A stretch of DNA of 64,000 nt from an uncultured Methanosarcinaceae archaeon (GTDB lineage: Archaea > Halobacteriota > Methanosarcinia > Methanosarcinales > Methanosarcinaceae), in assembly GCA_963721455.1 (NCBI GenBank), contig CAVRJG010000038.1, positions 1 through 64,000 on the forward strand. Reading direction: 5' to 3'. Shown here one piece after another: positions 31,809 through 42,598 of this stretch. Within the stretch, counting starts at the first letter, position 1; the number at the start of each line of letters is the position of its first letter. The position numbers and the translations under genes are program-made. A model generated the notes under the pieces. It saw nothing but the letters and a program-made list of their open reading frames with translations. It searched no databases and was not told where the DNA came from.

Positions 31809-32324
31809 ATAAAATACCTTAACTTTGTTATTGAAATAGTATTGAGATATTTGAGATATAAAATAGTATAAATAACGAAATATGTAAGGAAATATCTCGG
31901 GAAATGTACAGGGAAAAGTTCTCCTGTCTTTTCTTTTCCTTATTTTGCTTATCTATGCCGGTCTAATAATACCGGTCATCTGTAAAAACTCTTTACTTTT
32001 TAAGCAATTTCCGCAATTTTCTCTCTATTTACGCGCTACAATAATACACTGACATTATTTATATATTTGTCTGTTTATACATTATTAAGTGACTTCCCAG
32101 ATGTGAAAAGACGTGAAAAGATATATATCAGTTTACTGTCTGTTCTACTCTGCAAGACGGAAATACCCGCTTTATCTTGATAATCAATTACTCTGGTGGG
32201 CCAGTATAATATGTCGGTTTAATTACAGTTAATATTATTGACGTATTTTTATCACTATATCTTAATATCTCTTAATTGGTATGGCATTATAATTGCCTCA
32301 TTCATCTCACAATATGGAGTAACA

Positions 32325-33611
32325 ATGACACTGATGGAAGATGCGAAGAAGGGAATCGTCACCCCCTCAATAGAAGCCGTGGCAAAAGCTGAAGGAATAG
32401 ACCCCGAGATTATCCGCTCCTGCGTGGCAAAAGGGCTGATAGCGATCCCCATAAACAAGAGGCGGGAAACCCTTCCTGTCGGGATTGGCAAATATATGAG
32501 CACTAAGATCAATGCCAATGTGGGCACTTCGAGGGACTGCATCGATATTGATGCCGAAGTCGAAAAAGCAAAAGCGGCAGAAGCCCTCGGCGCTAATGCG
32601 GTCATGGACCTCTCAACAGGCGGGGACCTGGATGAAATCCGCACCCGTATCCTCAAATCGGTCCATATTCCCGTAGGTACGGTTCCTATCTACCAGGCTG
32701 CAGCTTCCAGGAAAGTTGTTGTGGAAATGACATCGGATGATATGTTCAACGCTGTCCGGAAACATGCCGAACAGGGCGTGGATTTCGTAACCGTGCACGC
32801 CGGAGTTAACCTGAATTCCCTTGAGCGCCTGCGCCAGAGTGACAGGATAATGAATGTTGTCAGCCGCGGAGGTTCTTTTACCCTTGCCTGGATGCTGCAT
32901 AACGGGGAAGACAATCCCTTCTATGCCGAATACGACTATCTTCTTGAAATCGCAAAAGAATATGATATGACCCTGAGCCTTGGAGATGGAATGCGCCCGG
33001 GATGCATTGCTGATGCTTCCGACCGCCCGAAGTTCATGGAATTCATCACACTCGGCGAGCTCGTAAAGAGAGCAAGAGCTGTCGATGTCCAGACTTTTGT
33101 GGAAGGCCCTGGACACGTTCCTTTAAATGAGATCGAACTCAGCGTAAGAGGCATGAAAGAACTCTGCAATGACGCCCCTCTCTACCTTCTTGGTCCGCTG
33201 GTGACCGATATTGCTCCTGGCTTCGATCACATTACCGGCGCAATAGGAGGGGCAATTGCAGGGATGTACGGCACGGACTTTCTCTGCATGGTAACACCCT
33301 CTGAACACCTTGCCCTTCCAACCCTCGAAGATATAAAAGAAGGCTTGCTCGTAACAAAGGTTGCAGCCCATACCATAGACCTTATAAAGGAAGGCCCGAG
33401 AGAACGCGCCTGGGAAAAGGACATAGCTATGGCGTATGCCCGCAGGGATCTTGATTGGGAAAAGCAGTTCTCGCTGGCAATCGACGGCAGCAGGGCCCGC
33501 AAAATTCGGGATGCTCGAAAGACTGAAAGTGACGCCTGCTCGATGTGCGGTGATCTCTGCGCCATGAAAATCGTAAGGGAAGCTTTTGAGGAAAAGAGGA
33601 AGGAAGAGTGA
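32325..33611 (+). CDS. thiC: ThiC-family radical SAM enzyme (HMP-P synthase or Bza-type paralog)
   Basis: [35 protein letters not shown] and CSMCGDLC. Probable ATG at 32325 after GGAG. Confidence 0.88.
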   Translation: MTLMEDAKKGIVTPSIEAVAKAEGIDPEIIRSCVAKGLIAIPINKRRETLPVGIGKYMSTKINANVGTSRDCIDIDAEVEKAKAAEALGANAVMDLSTGGDLDEIRTRILKSVHIPVGTVPIYQAAASRKVVVEMTSDDMFNAVRKHAEQGVDFVTVHAGVNLNSLERLRQSDRIMNVVSRGGSFTLAWMLHNGEDNPFYAEYDYLLEIAKEYDMTLSLGDGMRPGCIADASDRPKFMEFITLGELVKRARAVDVQTFVEGPGHVPLNEIELSVRGMKELCNDAPLYLLGPLVTDIAPGFDHITGAIGGAIAGMYGTDFLCMVTPSEHLALPTLEDIKEGLLVTKVAAHTIDLIKEGPRERAWEKDIAMAYARRDLDWEKQFSLAIDGSRARKIRDARKTESDACSMCGDLCAMKIVREAFEEKRKEE

Positions 33612-33660
33612 AGTTTCTTTTATCCGTCTCTTCTTACCCTTTTCTCCTTCTTTTCTTCCT

Positions 33661-33731
33661 CTCTATTTTCTCTCTATTTCCTCTATTTCCTCTATTTCCT
33701 CTCTATTTCCTCTATTTCCTCTCTATTTCCT
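33661..33731. repeat. Pyrimidine-rich tandem repeat CTCTATTTC(CT) x~7
   Basis: Read directly downstream of the thiC stop. Confidence 0.8.
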
Positions 33732-33858
33732 CTTTTCTTTAATTTCAGCCCACTTCGGAAGCTTAAACTATAACATTTTAAGGTCTGCTGCATTACTTAA
33801 CCAGTAAATACAACGAGTAAAAACAGCCAGTAAAACAGCCAGTAAGAAAGGAATTAAA

Positions 33859-34356
33859 ATGGCAGAGAATGAAATCAAGTCCGTTTTGAAAATTCGTATT
33901 GCAGAAAAAGAAGATGTCCCTTTGATTCTTGAATTCGTCAAAGGCATTGCAGAGTTCGAAAAGCTATCACATCTGGTCGCAGCCACTGAAGAATCCCTGA
34001 TGGAGTCCATGTTCGGGGAAAAGTCTTATGCGGAAGTTTTCTTTGCGGAACTGGACGGGGTGCCTGCAGGTTTCACGGTCTTTTTTCATAACTTCTCTAC
34101 TTTTGTGGGAAGGCAGGGGCTCTATATCGAAGATATTTTCGTAAAGCCCGGGTTCCGCGGAAAAGGAATAGGAAAAGCAATGTTTCTCCATTGTGTGAAG
34201 CTTGCAAAAGAAAGGAACTGTGGAAGAGTGGAATGGACAGTTCTCGACTGGAACCCTGCAAGGGAATTCTACGAATACTTTGGGGCAGGCCCTGTAGACG
34301 GGTGGCACATCTACAGGATGGGTGCGGACAAATTCGAAAGTGCACTTGAAAAATAA
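33859..34356 (+). CDS. GNAT acetyltransferase (SSAT-like)
   Basis: LYIEDIFV, FRGKGIG, EWTVLDWN and AREFY. Confidence 0.92.
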   Translation: MAENEIKSVLKIRIAEKEDVPLILEFVKGIAEFEKLSHLVAATEESLMESMFGEKSYAEVFFAELDGVPAGFTVFFHNFSTFVGRQGLYIEDIFVKPGFRGKGIGKAMFLHCVKLAKERNCGRVEWTVLDWNPAREFYEYFGAGPVDGWHIYRMGADKFESALEK

Positions 34357-34450
34357 GTTTGAGAGGGTTTGCTTACAATCCTCTCCTTTCTGGTCCTGTT
34401 GATACCCAATTCTTGAAATCTGATCTTTCCCCTGATTGCGTATTCAAGGT

Positions 34451-34855
34451 TCAGGTAACATCTTCTTGCTGGACAAAAGAGTGGTGTTCCAGGCGTTGAA
34501 CTCGTTTTTCAAGGTTCTCTATTTGCTGAAGAAGTTCTTCGGAGGCTTCTCCGCCCTGTTCAGCTCCGGATACCTTTCCTCCGGCTTTCTCGGCAAATTT
34601 CTGAGCCATCTGCATAAATTTGTCAAGTTTCATGACCGGGAACGTCTCAAACCTGCACAGCCCTATGAAAGGAAGGACTGAAGCTGCATATGTTTTCTCG
34701 TCGTCAGTTTCATAAATCACAAACGTGCGGTAGCCCGTAAGGTCAGTCCACTCGTCGATCACTTTTATGCCCTTCGGGTATTCATAATTCGCATAGAAAT
34801 TCGCGACTTTTAATGAGTCTTTCGGCTCCCAGGTTATTATATCCATCAGCAACAT
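34451..34855 (-). CDS. DUF3303-like protein
   Basis: MDIITWEP...GIKVIDEWTDLTGYRTFVIYE pattern plus a coiled-coil tail. Confidence 0.7.
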   Translation of the reverse strand: MLLMDIITWEPKDSLKVANFYANYEYPKGIKVIDEWTDLTGYRTFVIYETDDEKTYAASVLPFIGLCRFETFPVMKLDKFMQMAQKFAEKAGGKVSGAEQGGEASEELLQQIENLEKRVQRLEHHSFVQQEDVT

Positions 34856-35328
34856 TTTCTGACACCCCAGTTAAAAATTGATCCGGATGCGGCTCTAAAG
34901 AACCTGGATCGGATTCAAAAATACATTTGGCAAAGTTAAGTATTGTTTCTCTTCAAAAGGGCATATACTTTTAGGAACAAATGTTTAGAAAAAAAGGTTC
35001 GTGAATAGCTTTAAAATGGAACTTATCCAAAAATTCATTTCGTTCTTAATTATTTTGGACTTACGCAGTTAAACAAAACAACTTTTAAATATTTATTCAA
35101 CTTATTTATTATGGGGTGTATCCAAAAATTCGAAGTTTGCCTCTTTGAATTTTGCATTTAATAATTAATCGGGTTTTTGATCAGGAAAAATTCTATAAAT
35201 TTTCAATGAATGAAAATATAGTGGGTTTCAGCTGGTCTGAGTCTCTTTACTTTCGGACTCACGCAGTTAAACTGGGAAACCGGTGGCATAGGCTTCAAAC
35301 TATCAAAATTATATATTTATAATGAGGG

Positions 35329-35961
35329 ATGTCTATTATAAAATCAAAGAGAGACTACGACTTATACCTTGAAGCAGACAAATTAGCTTTAGGAAAAAAT
35401 TATAAAAAGCCTAAATTAATTGGCGATGATATCTGGAAATTTCAAAGACTATTAAGGAAGGCTGAGTATTATCATAACTGTAAGAAATCTTTTATTCATA
35501 AATTCTATCTCAAATATATATTTTTTAGATTTCATCTGATGAGCATCCATCTCGGGTATAGCATTCCAATAAATGTTTTTGGTCCTGGATTATGCATAGC
35601 CCACGTAGGAACTATTGTTGTAAACAAAGATGCCAGAGTTGGAGAGAATTGCAGGATACATGTTTGTACCAATATCGGATCTGGTAGAGGCGATGTTTTT
35701 TCGGCACCAAAAATAGGAAATGACGTGTACGTTGGTCCAGGTGCCAAAATCTTTGGAGGTATTGTAATTGCTGATAATATTGCAATTGGGGCAAATTCTG
35801 TTGTAAACAAATCATTTTACGAAAAAGGGATTTCGATTGCAGGAGTTCCTGCCAAAAAAATAAATAATAAAGGATCCGATGGAATGATAATTTCAGCTAC
35901 AAAAATTATTCCAGTCCATACTCCGCAACTTCCTTTAGAGCGCGCCAACGCAACGGAGTAA
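35329..35961 (+). CDS. Hexapeptide-repeat O-acetyltransferase (serine acetyltransferase/WcaB-like)
   Basis: FGPGLCIAH, APKIGNDVYVGPGAKI, IGANSVV and AGVPAK. Confidence 0.88.
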   Translation: MSIIKSKRDYDLYLEADKLALGKNYKKPKLIGDDIWKFQRLLRKAEYYHNCKKSFIHKFYLKYIFFRFHLMSIHLGYSIPINVFGPGLCIAHVGTIVVNKDARVGENCRIHVCTNIGSGRGDVFSAPKIGNDVYVGPGAKIFGGIVIADNIAIGANSVVNKSFYEKGISIAGVPAKKINNKGSDGMIISATKIIPVHTPQLPLERANATE

Positions 35962-36184
35962 TTAAGTGGTAACTATTTAGCCTGAGAAAAGCAACCTCAA
36001 TAAATTTTTTGTAGCCATCTTTCTTAAGATGACTATTGACAACGTTTTTTCAGTATCTATTGCACGCAGATAGCTGAAGGCGTGTGACACGCAAGGCATA
36101 TCCACTATGTATTCCTCTCTATTTAGACCGTTATTTTCATGTATCTTATCTCCGACATAAAGTCCAATAAATCCATGTTAGATA

Positions 36185-36325
36185 GGACTTAAGCAGTTGA
36201 ACTGAGGAACCAGTAGCATTAAATTCAACCTGCTGATAATCTACGGATGATAGAGCTGTTGAATCGAAGGTTAAAAATCTGTTTTCTTAAACTTACACAC
36301 GTTCCTGTTGTTTTGTGCATGATAC
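36185..36325 (+). repeat. Degenerate duplicate of the MITE-derived leader and first codons of the 36823 gene
   Basis: Aligns with ~36759-36912 (GATAATCTACGG-TGATAGAG-TGTTGAATCGAA, GTTCCTGTTGTTTTGTGCATGA). Confidence 0.8.
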
Positions 36326-36822
36326 TCGCACTACGTAACTATTTATAGTAAGTTTAAAGTAGTTATACTAAAGTAAAAACGTAAAAAAATTTTACAGTCT
36401 AAGTTCCTCCTTTTTTAAGCACATAAGTGTTTCCTGATATCAAATTGTGTGCTTAAACTTACGCGCATGAACTACATGTTCTAATTTCAAAATCACAATC
36501 ATCTGACATTGAAACAATAAGGGCAATGAAACTTGAAGGTAAATCCACTGAGGATATTGAAACAAAGGTTTCAAGGAAAAGAAAGCTGAATCCTTAAATG
36601 TTTGCTTATCTCCTGACCAGGGGAACTCCTGCCTGAATTCGAGAGGGTAAGATCTGCCATTAGGTGCTTTACTGGAGATTAAACCGCCAGAGAGATATTG
36701 AATCTTTCAAGAGTCCATCTTTGTGATCTAATCTCCAGTTTAAATCTGAGACTTTTTTAGGATTTGCGCAGTTGAATTGAGAGACCGGTAAAATGTGAAT
36801 TCAAGCTGCAGATAATCTACGG

Positions 36823-39048
36823 GTGATAGAGTTGTTGAATCGAATGTTAAAAATCTTTTTTTTTACAGGCTTCTTTATACTTACATGCGTTCCTGTTGTT
36901 TTGTGCATGACACCTGCACCAATAGTCTACGTTGCGGGAGATGGCAGTGGTGATTTCAACTGTTCTGGAGATAACGATCAAGTACAAATTAACGAGGCCC
37001 TTACATATGTTGCCGAAAACTTCGAATATACAACGGTCTACCTCAAGGGACCTTTCACATACGTCATAGACGATACTCTTCAGATTGGTGGCAACACAAT
37101 CCTTGAAGGAGACTCCACTGCTGTGATCAAATTGGCTGATCATGCGGGCTGGCCGAAAGAAAAACCTATAATTAAACAAATGGACAGCGTCGGAAACCAG
37201 GATATTATTATACGCGGTTTTACTATTGATGGAAACCGAGAAGAAAATACCAATGTAATAAGCGGAGGAGGCTACTACAATCTTATTCACTTGAGCGATT
37301 GCCAGAACATAAGTGTGTATAATATGTATCTGACCAATAACCACGGAGACGGCTTAAAGACTGACAATTGTTCTAACGTAAAATCCTATAATAATACGGC
37401 ATACTCATTAGGGCATGATGCTCTATATGCCATTGCCTGTTCAAATGTGGAAGCCTATAACAACACAATAACCTGTAGAACGAATAGTGGCCTGAGATTA
37501 TATAACACAAACCATGCAAGTTTCTACAATAACACTATTACCTCCGAAAATTCCGGAGGTGCAGGAATTGAAATCCAGAAGGACGGATCGTATTCCACAA
37601 TGGATGATATTGAGGTATACAATAACGTAATATACAACACTGCGCTTTCAGGAATTTTGGTTTTCGGATCAGAAAATTATTCCACGTCCTCAGCAAATGT
37701 CCACATCCACCATAACCAGATCTATGATACTGGAACTGGTTCAAGCAGCGAATTTATAGGTGGAATCTTATCCTATGGGTTCAATGGGCTCATTGAGAAC
37801 AACGTGATTGATGGGGCATACGGGGCTGGTATTGTGCAAAATAAGGCATATTATTCGTCTCCGGAGGGTTCAGGGTATTTGATTACGGTAAAAAATAACA
37901 TAATAACGAATACTCGCGCATCAGCAGCCGGAGGGAAAGGGTATGGAATATGTAACCTGCTTACAGACACACACTCTTTTGTCCTGCAGAACAACTCTTT
38001 CTATAACAACGCAGGTGGCGACTATATAGGCGTTGAGCCATCACCTTCGGATATAGTAGCAGACCCTCAATACGCAGATAGGGATAAACACGACTATCAC
38101 CTGAAGTCAAAAGCAGGTCGCTGGGACGGAAACAGTTGGGTAAATGACAATATAAGTTCCCCATGCATCGATGCAGGAGATCCTTTATCGGATTATTCTA
38201 ACGAACCGGAACCCAACGGAGACAGGATCAACATAGGTCTGGATGGAAATACAAGGTATGCCTCAAAATCAGAATTTGATGTGTCATACAATAGTAGTGG
38301 AAACAGTAGCAGTGACAGCAGTGGCAGCAGTGGAGGAAGCAGCCACATCAGCAGTGGTGGTGTCGGCTCTCCCGAACCTGCAAGAAACGTTGAGACTAAG
38401 GAACTTTCACAGGTATTCATTACAAACGACAAAAATATAACGTTTGATTTCGCAAAGAATGCAACCTGTGTTGTTTATGTGAATTTTGATGCAAAAAAGA
38501 CAGTTGGTAAGACAACAGCCATTGTAGAGATGCTGAAAAATAAATCTACTCTGGTTTCAGACCTACCTTCAGGCGAGGTATATAAATCCTTTAATCTCTG
38601 GGTTGGAAACGGTGGATATGGGACCTCAAATAATATAGAAAATCCGGTCGTATGTTTCAAGGTTGAAAAATCCTGGATACAGGAAAAGAATATCAATAAT
38701 TCTTCTATCACCCTGAACAGGTACAATGATACAGAATGGGATCCGCTTTCAACCAACCTGTCAGGGGAAGATGGCGCGTACCTCTATTTCACAGCCAAAA
38801 CCCCTGGATTCTCTCCCTTTGCAATAACAGGTAAGATTAAAGCAAAAGTAACTGTGGCTGAAATACTGCCTGAACCTGACCCTCAGGATCTTGAACAAAA
38901 CGGAAGTATAAAATCAGAAATTGAAAATAAGCCTGAGCAGACAGGAAACACAAGTACTCCTCAGAAAGAAAACGTAAGTATGCCTGGATTTGAAATAGCT
39001 TCTGGGATCGTCTGTCTGCTTGGCGTATTCTTGTACAAAAGAAGATAA
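36823..39048 (+). CDS. Cell-surface right-handed beta-helix protein (disaggregatase-related type) with PGF-pre-PGF domain and PGF-CTERM sorting signal
   Basis: Signal peptide, YVAGDGSGDFNC, beta-helix repeats, Ser/Gly linker, TPGFSPFAI, and MPGF-TM-KRR C-terminus. Confidence 0.9.
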   Translation: MIELLNRMLKIFFFTGFFILTCVPVVLCMTPAPIVYVAGDGSGDFNCSGDNDQVQINEALTYVAENFEYTTVYLKGPFTYVIDDTLQIGGNTILEGDSTAVIKLADHAGWPKEKPIIKQMDSVGNQDIIIRGFTIDGNREENTNVISGGGYYNLIHLSDCQNISVYNMYLTNNHGDGLKTDNCSNVKSYNNTAYSLGHDALYAIACSNVEAYNNTITCRTNSGLRLYNTNHASFYNNTITSENSGGAGIEIQKDGSYSTMDDIEVYNNVIYNTALSGILVFGSENYSTSSANVHIHHNQIYDTGTGSSSEFIGGILSYGFNGLIENNVIDGAYGAGIVQNKAYYSSPEGSGYLITVKNNIITNTRASAAGGKGYGICNLLTDTHSFVLQNNSFYNNAGGDYIGVEPSPSDIVADPQYADRDKHDYHLKSKAGRWDGNSWVNDNISSPCIDAGDPLSDYSNEPEPNGDRINIGLDGNTRYASKSEFDVSYNSSGNSSSDSSGSSGGSSHISSGGVGSPEPARNVETKELSQVFITNDKNITFDFAKNATCVVYVNFDAKKTVGKTTAIVEMLKNKSTLVSDLPSGEVYKSFNLWVGNGGYGTSNNIENPVVCFKVEKSWIQEKNINNSSITLNRYNDTEWDPLSTNLSGEDGAYLYFTAKTPGFSPFAITGKIKAKVTVAEILPEPDPQDLEQNGSIKSEIENKPEQTGNTSTPQKENVSMPGFEIASGIVCLLGVFLYKRR

Positions 39049-39063
39049 AAAAGAATAAATTGT

Positions 39064-39100
39064 AGTTAGATGGTAGGGATAACTGACCCCACTATCTAAT
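39064..39100. terminator. Stem-loop after the surface-protein gene
   Basis: Imperfect arms TTAGATGGTAGGG and CCCCACTATCTAA, followed by T-rich sequence. Confidence 0.45.
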
Positions 39101-39134
39101 TTCTTACCTCTTTTTAATTTCATTTAAAATTCTC

Positions 39135-39290
39135 AAAGTCTCTTTTTATGGAGATAAACAGACTACCTGGAGGTCTATCTTACTCTTGAAAGCTGGAGAG
39201 TTAAGCCCTTACCTGACAGAAAAAACCAAAAAACTTGATTTTGTTAGCCCTGAATTTGGGGTTCAGAGGGCTGATTCTCAAGAAATATAA
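39135..39290 (+). pseudogene. Fragment 1 of a putative CRISPR-independent Cas1 C-terminal region
   Basis: YGDKQTTWRSILLLKAGELSPYLTEKTKKLDFVSPEFGVQRADSQEI*, overlapping fragment 3 in sequence. Family assignment is from recall and needs BLASTX. Confidence 0.55.
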
Positions 39291-39410
39291 AGTATTTCTT
39301 CCTTTGATTTTAGTTATTGTTGCCCTAAATTTAATTTAAATAAAAATTTTTAATAATAAATTTCAAAAGAATTTATTTTTTCAACTTTTCTGTTTTTCTG
39401 ATCACTCTAT

Positions 39411-39476
39411 CTATGTTTTTCCGAACTCAGTTATTCTACATCATGTAGGAATACAGAGAAAGCGACCGATTACCGT
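39411..39476. repeat. Conserved non-coding motif with a palindromic core (TTCTACATCATGTAGGA), copy 1
   Basis: Second copy at 46011..46079. Both end in GACCGATTACCGT. Confidence 0.7.
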
Positions 39477-39499
39477 ACTATGAAACAGCTTTTTATTAT

Positions 39500-39630
39500 G
39501 AGCTGATCCCAAAACTCAAAATTTCTTCTCTGAATCTCGTATTCGGAATAATCAATCAAGGTTTCTGATCATGAAAATTATTTCTGAAACTCTTAATGAT
39601 TGAGAATAAAATTGGTTTTGGGATGAGCTT
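39500..39630. mobile_element. MITE of the same family as 4627..6304
   Basis: GAGCTGATCCCAAAA ... TTTTGGGATGAGCT termini and a colinear interior. Confidence 0.8.
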
Positions 39631-39850
39631 TATCATTGTCAAAAATTGCTTGTTCCCCTTCGTTTGAGTTCAAATTTGAAGTTTGATTCAGGGTGTTAAA
39701 CTTTATCATCTGAAAATTAGCTCCTCTAATGTCTGCTCCTGTCATGTTTGCTTTCATCAGGTAGGCTTTTTTCATTTTGGATTCTGTCATTTTGGATTCC
39801 ATCATTTTGGCTCCAGCCAGGTCTGCTTCCGCGAGGACGGTCTGTTTCTA
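39631..39850 (-). pseudogene. Pentapeptide-repeat protein fragment
   Basis: ADLAG AKMME SKMTE SKMKK AYLMK ANMTG ADIRG ANFQ. Confidence 0.7.
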
Positions 39851-40319
39851 TCTCCAAGTTAGAGAATAGATAATGAACACATATAATCAATGTTTAAATA
39901 TTTTAATAAATAGAAAAAAAGTTAAATATATTAACAAGAGGGGCTATTAATATTTGGGGAACTTATATAATCGAATTCAAAAAGGACTTGTGAAGGGGTT
40001 GGAGTAAACGTCTAAATGGTTAGATTTGGGTGAATGGATATCGTCCACCGTAAGGTTTTCAATCGTGGGTGTGTTTTGCGTGGTGGTGTTGATTTGGCAC
40101 TTGATTGTCTCTCTTATGCGGCTCGGGATCTCTGCTGGATCGGAGAAAATTTCAAATCGTAAGAATGATGCCGTTGAAAACAATAATAATTAAAGTATTT
40201 GCCAGTGCGTTGGAGAAAATGCGGCAGGAAGCGGGAGAGTCACTAACGAAGAGTAAGCCAGAATATAATACATAAACTATCTAATTTTTTTAATACTAAT
40301 TTGTAACCCGATGTTACTT

Positions 40320-40529
40320 TTGGGCAGGTTTAAGAAACTGAATTCGTAGAAGACCTGGAAAAAGCAAATTAAGCCTTTTAGCTGAGTCCTTGTAGGATTC
40401 CAGGCAATTGAAGAAAATGATAAGGCTGTTAAGCCTCTGGCTCCTTTTACTAAGAATTATCAGAAGATAGTCTACGAGCTATTTATTGATTCTGATACAG
40501 GTGAAATTAATTGGGGATCTCAATACTTT
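40320..40529 (+). pseudogene. Fragment A of a putative family-B DNA polymerase C-terminal region
   Basis: LGRFKKLNS*KTWKKQIKPFS*VLVGFQAIEENDKAVKPLAPFTKNYQKIVYELFIDSDTGEINWGSQYF in one frame. Assignment is from recall. Confidence 0.5.
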
Positions 40530-40530
40530 A

Positions 40531-40644
40531 GGACTTACGCGGTTGAACTGAGAAATCAATAGCATTAAACCTTCAACTGTATAAAACACTAAGCCAGTCA
40601 CAACGCCGAATGTGCTTGATTTTGTACTTCAAATGCGTAAGTCC
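40531..40644. mobile_element. 114-bp MITE with GGACTTACGC termini
   Basis: Perfect 10-bp TIR GGACTTACGC/GCGTAAGTCC with TA on both sides. Left-end relatives lie at ~35057, 35255, 36186 and 36760. Confidence 0.85.
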
Positions 40645-40646
40645 TA

Positions 40647-40943
40647 TTACATGAAGCAAAACGCCAAAAATGATAAGCCTTTCACGCTTAACAGCCATGT
40701 TTTGGAGAGGGTTAAGGCTTGGGAAAACGTGGTTTTGGGGGATCAGGCTACCTCAAAAGAAGTTTTATATACGGGCATTTTTGAACAGATAGCTACAAGA
40801 GATAAGCAGATAAGCTAGCTAAACGAAGTGACACAAAAACAGGCAGTATACATTCAGAAATTATTCCGGAGAATAGTAAACTAAACATGAAACTATTGCC
40901 GGAAATCACCGAGAATAATAAACCATGGTGGAAATTTTGGTGA
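40647..40943 (+). pseudogene. Putative Cas1 tail fragment 2 joined to a decayed coiled-coil ORF ending KPWWKFW*
   Basis: YMKQNAKNDKPFTLNSHVLERVKAWEN, a direct repeat of ~42404-42598. Confidence 0.55.
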
Positions 40944-41164
40944 TACCAAACGAATTCTTTTGAGTATTTTAACGGTCACTTTAAAGTTCATAACAAGTTC
41001 ATTTGTGATCCAAATTGAATTCACTTCTATTCTATGTTGGATTCTTGCGCTAAAAAGCAATACTTATATAATAAAAAATAAGTTTTCAAAATAACTAAGA
41101 GTATTAGAATAGATATATTCCATGTTTATATATAACGGTTAAGTTAAAAAATTACAATTCAGGA

Positions 41165-41389
41165 GTGCTTACAGTGCTCGATTGGATTTATAGTAACAAA
41201 GAATGGCTCTTTGAAGGAATAGGTGTTCTAGCTATATCAACTATTCTAAATAAATTTGTCTTCACTAAGAAAAAGCAACCATTAGACATGAAATATACCA
41301 AACAAGAGCAAAAGTCGGGCAATAATTCTACAAATATACAATCTGCTACGGATATAACATTTTTCCTGTCCTCCAAGGAGGACAAATGA
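41165..41389 (+). CDS. Small membrane protein with a C-terminal Q/N/G/S-rich motif
   Basis: DWIYSNKEWLFEGIGVLAISTIL, then QEQKSGNNSTNIQ. ATGA overlap with the next gene. Confidence 0.7.
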   Translation: MLTVLDWIYSNKEWLFEGIGVLAISTILNKFVFTKKKQPLDMKYTKQEQKSGNNSTNIQSATDITFFLSSKEDK

Positions 41390-42258
41390 TTAATGATAAG
41401 CATCAAACTGGTGGCGATGGATCTACAAATATTCAAGGAAATACTATTAATATTATTACAAATACTAATAATTTTTATACTAACGATCCAGAAGAGCAGG
41501 AAAAACCCAGCAAAGAAGCAGTCTCGCGTCCTCCAGATAACACGCCTCTAGAAGAACCAGAAAGTCATGCAAAAGAATTATTCATTGGGATAATTCTATG
41601 TCTTCTGATATTTAGCGGAGTTGTACTGATAAATGGGGCCGATTATACACCATCGGGGGTCTCACCAGCACCAGAAAATCGGATAACAAGCAATGGTGAT
41701 GGTACGACTTCACAGGTAAATACAACTGTTTCAGATCAACCACTTCCTGTTGCTGACTTTTCGGCAGATATAACATTAGGAAATGCGCCGCTAACAGTTA
41801 AGTTTACAGATATGTCTAAGAATGCAAACGAGTGGAACTGGAACTTAGGAGATAAATTCATTACAAAGGATCAAAGTCCAGAGCATACCTATACAAAAGC
41901 AGGAACTTATACTGTGGAAGAGACCGTAAGTAATGCAAAAGGTAATAGTAAAATGAATAAATTAAATTATATCACTGTTGCACCTCCTCTGCCACCTCTA
42001 GTTGCTAACTTTTCGGCAGACAAAACAGCAGGAAATGCACCACTGACAGTTAGGTTTACCGACAAGAGTGCCGGATCACCCACTAGATGGAAATGGAGTT
42101 TTGGAGATGGAAATACTTCAACCGACTGTAATCCAAAATACACCTATTCAACAGCCGGAACTTATACGGTGAAAGAAACCGTGTTTAGAGAAACCATAAG
42201 TAATCAAACTGAGAGTAAAAATGAAAGAAAAATAAATTATATCACTGTTTGGAGGTAG
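41386..42258 (+). CDS. Single-pass membrane protein with two PKD domains and an N-terminal Q/N/G/S-rich motif
   Basis: QTGGDGSTNIQ, a TM helix, and two ADFSA..GNAPLTV.FTD...W.W..GD units. Confidence 0.85.
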   Translation: MINDKHQTGGDGSTNIQGNTINIITNTNNFYTNDPEEQEKPSKEAVSRPPDNTPLEEPESHAKELFIGIILCLLIFSGVVLINGADYTPSGVSPAPENRITSNGDGTTSQVNTTVSDQPLPVADFSADITLGNAPLTVKFTDMSKNANEWNWNLGDKFITKDQSPEHTYTKAGTYTVEETVSNAKGNSKMNKLNYITVAPPLPPLVANFSADKTAGNAPLTVRFTDKSAGSPTRWKWSFGDGNTSTDCNPKYTYSTAGTYTVKETVFRETISNQTESKNERKINYITVWR

Positions 42259-42295
42259 AACACGTTCGACATTTTTAAAAATCCATTCAAGAAAA

Positions 42296-42598
42296 TTTGT
42301 TAGCCCTGAATTTGGGGTTCTGAAAGTCGATTCTCAAGAAATAAGGCAAAAGGATTTCTTATGTTGATTGGAAAAAACTAGGGTTTTCTAAGGGAACTTT
42401 ACATTACATGAAACAAAACGCCAAAAGTGATAAGCCTTTCACGCTCAACAGCCATGTTTTGGAGAGGGTTAAAGCTTGGGAAAACTTAGTTCTGGGGGTT
42501 AAGTTAACCTCTAAAGTCGGTTTATTTATAGACACTCTATGAACTGATAGCAGAAAAGACGAGCAGATAGGCAAGCTTAGTGAAGCACACAGAAGCAA
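42296..42598 (+). pseudogene. Putative Cas1 tail fragment 3 plus coiled-coil fragment
   Basis: FVSPEFGVLKVDSQEIRQK / ISYVDWKKLGFSKGTLHYMKQNAKSDKPFTLNSHVLERVKAWENLV. It bridges fragments 1, 2 and 4. Confidence 0.6.

Noticed and set aside
33661-33731. ORF 33586..33807 spanning the CTCTATTTC repeat
   Set aside because: Low-complexity translation of a simple repeat in a probable terminator region.
39977-40183. 68-aa minus-strand ORF
   Set aside because: No motif or convincing start. It may be a gene fragment but cannot be supported.
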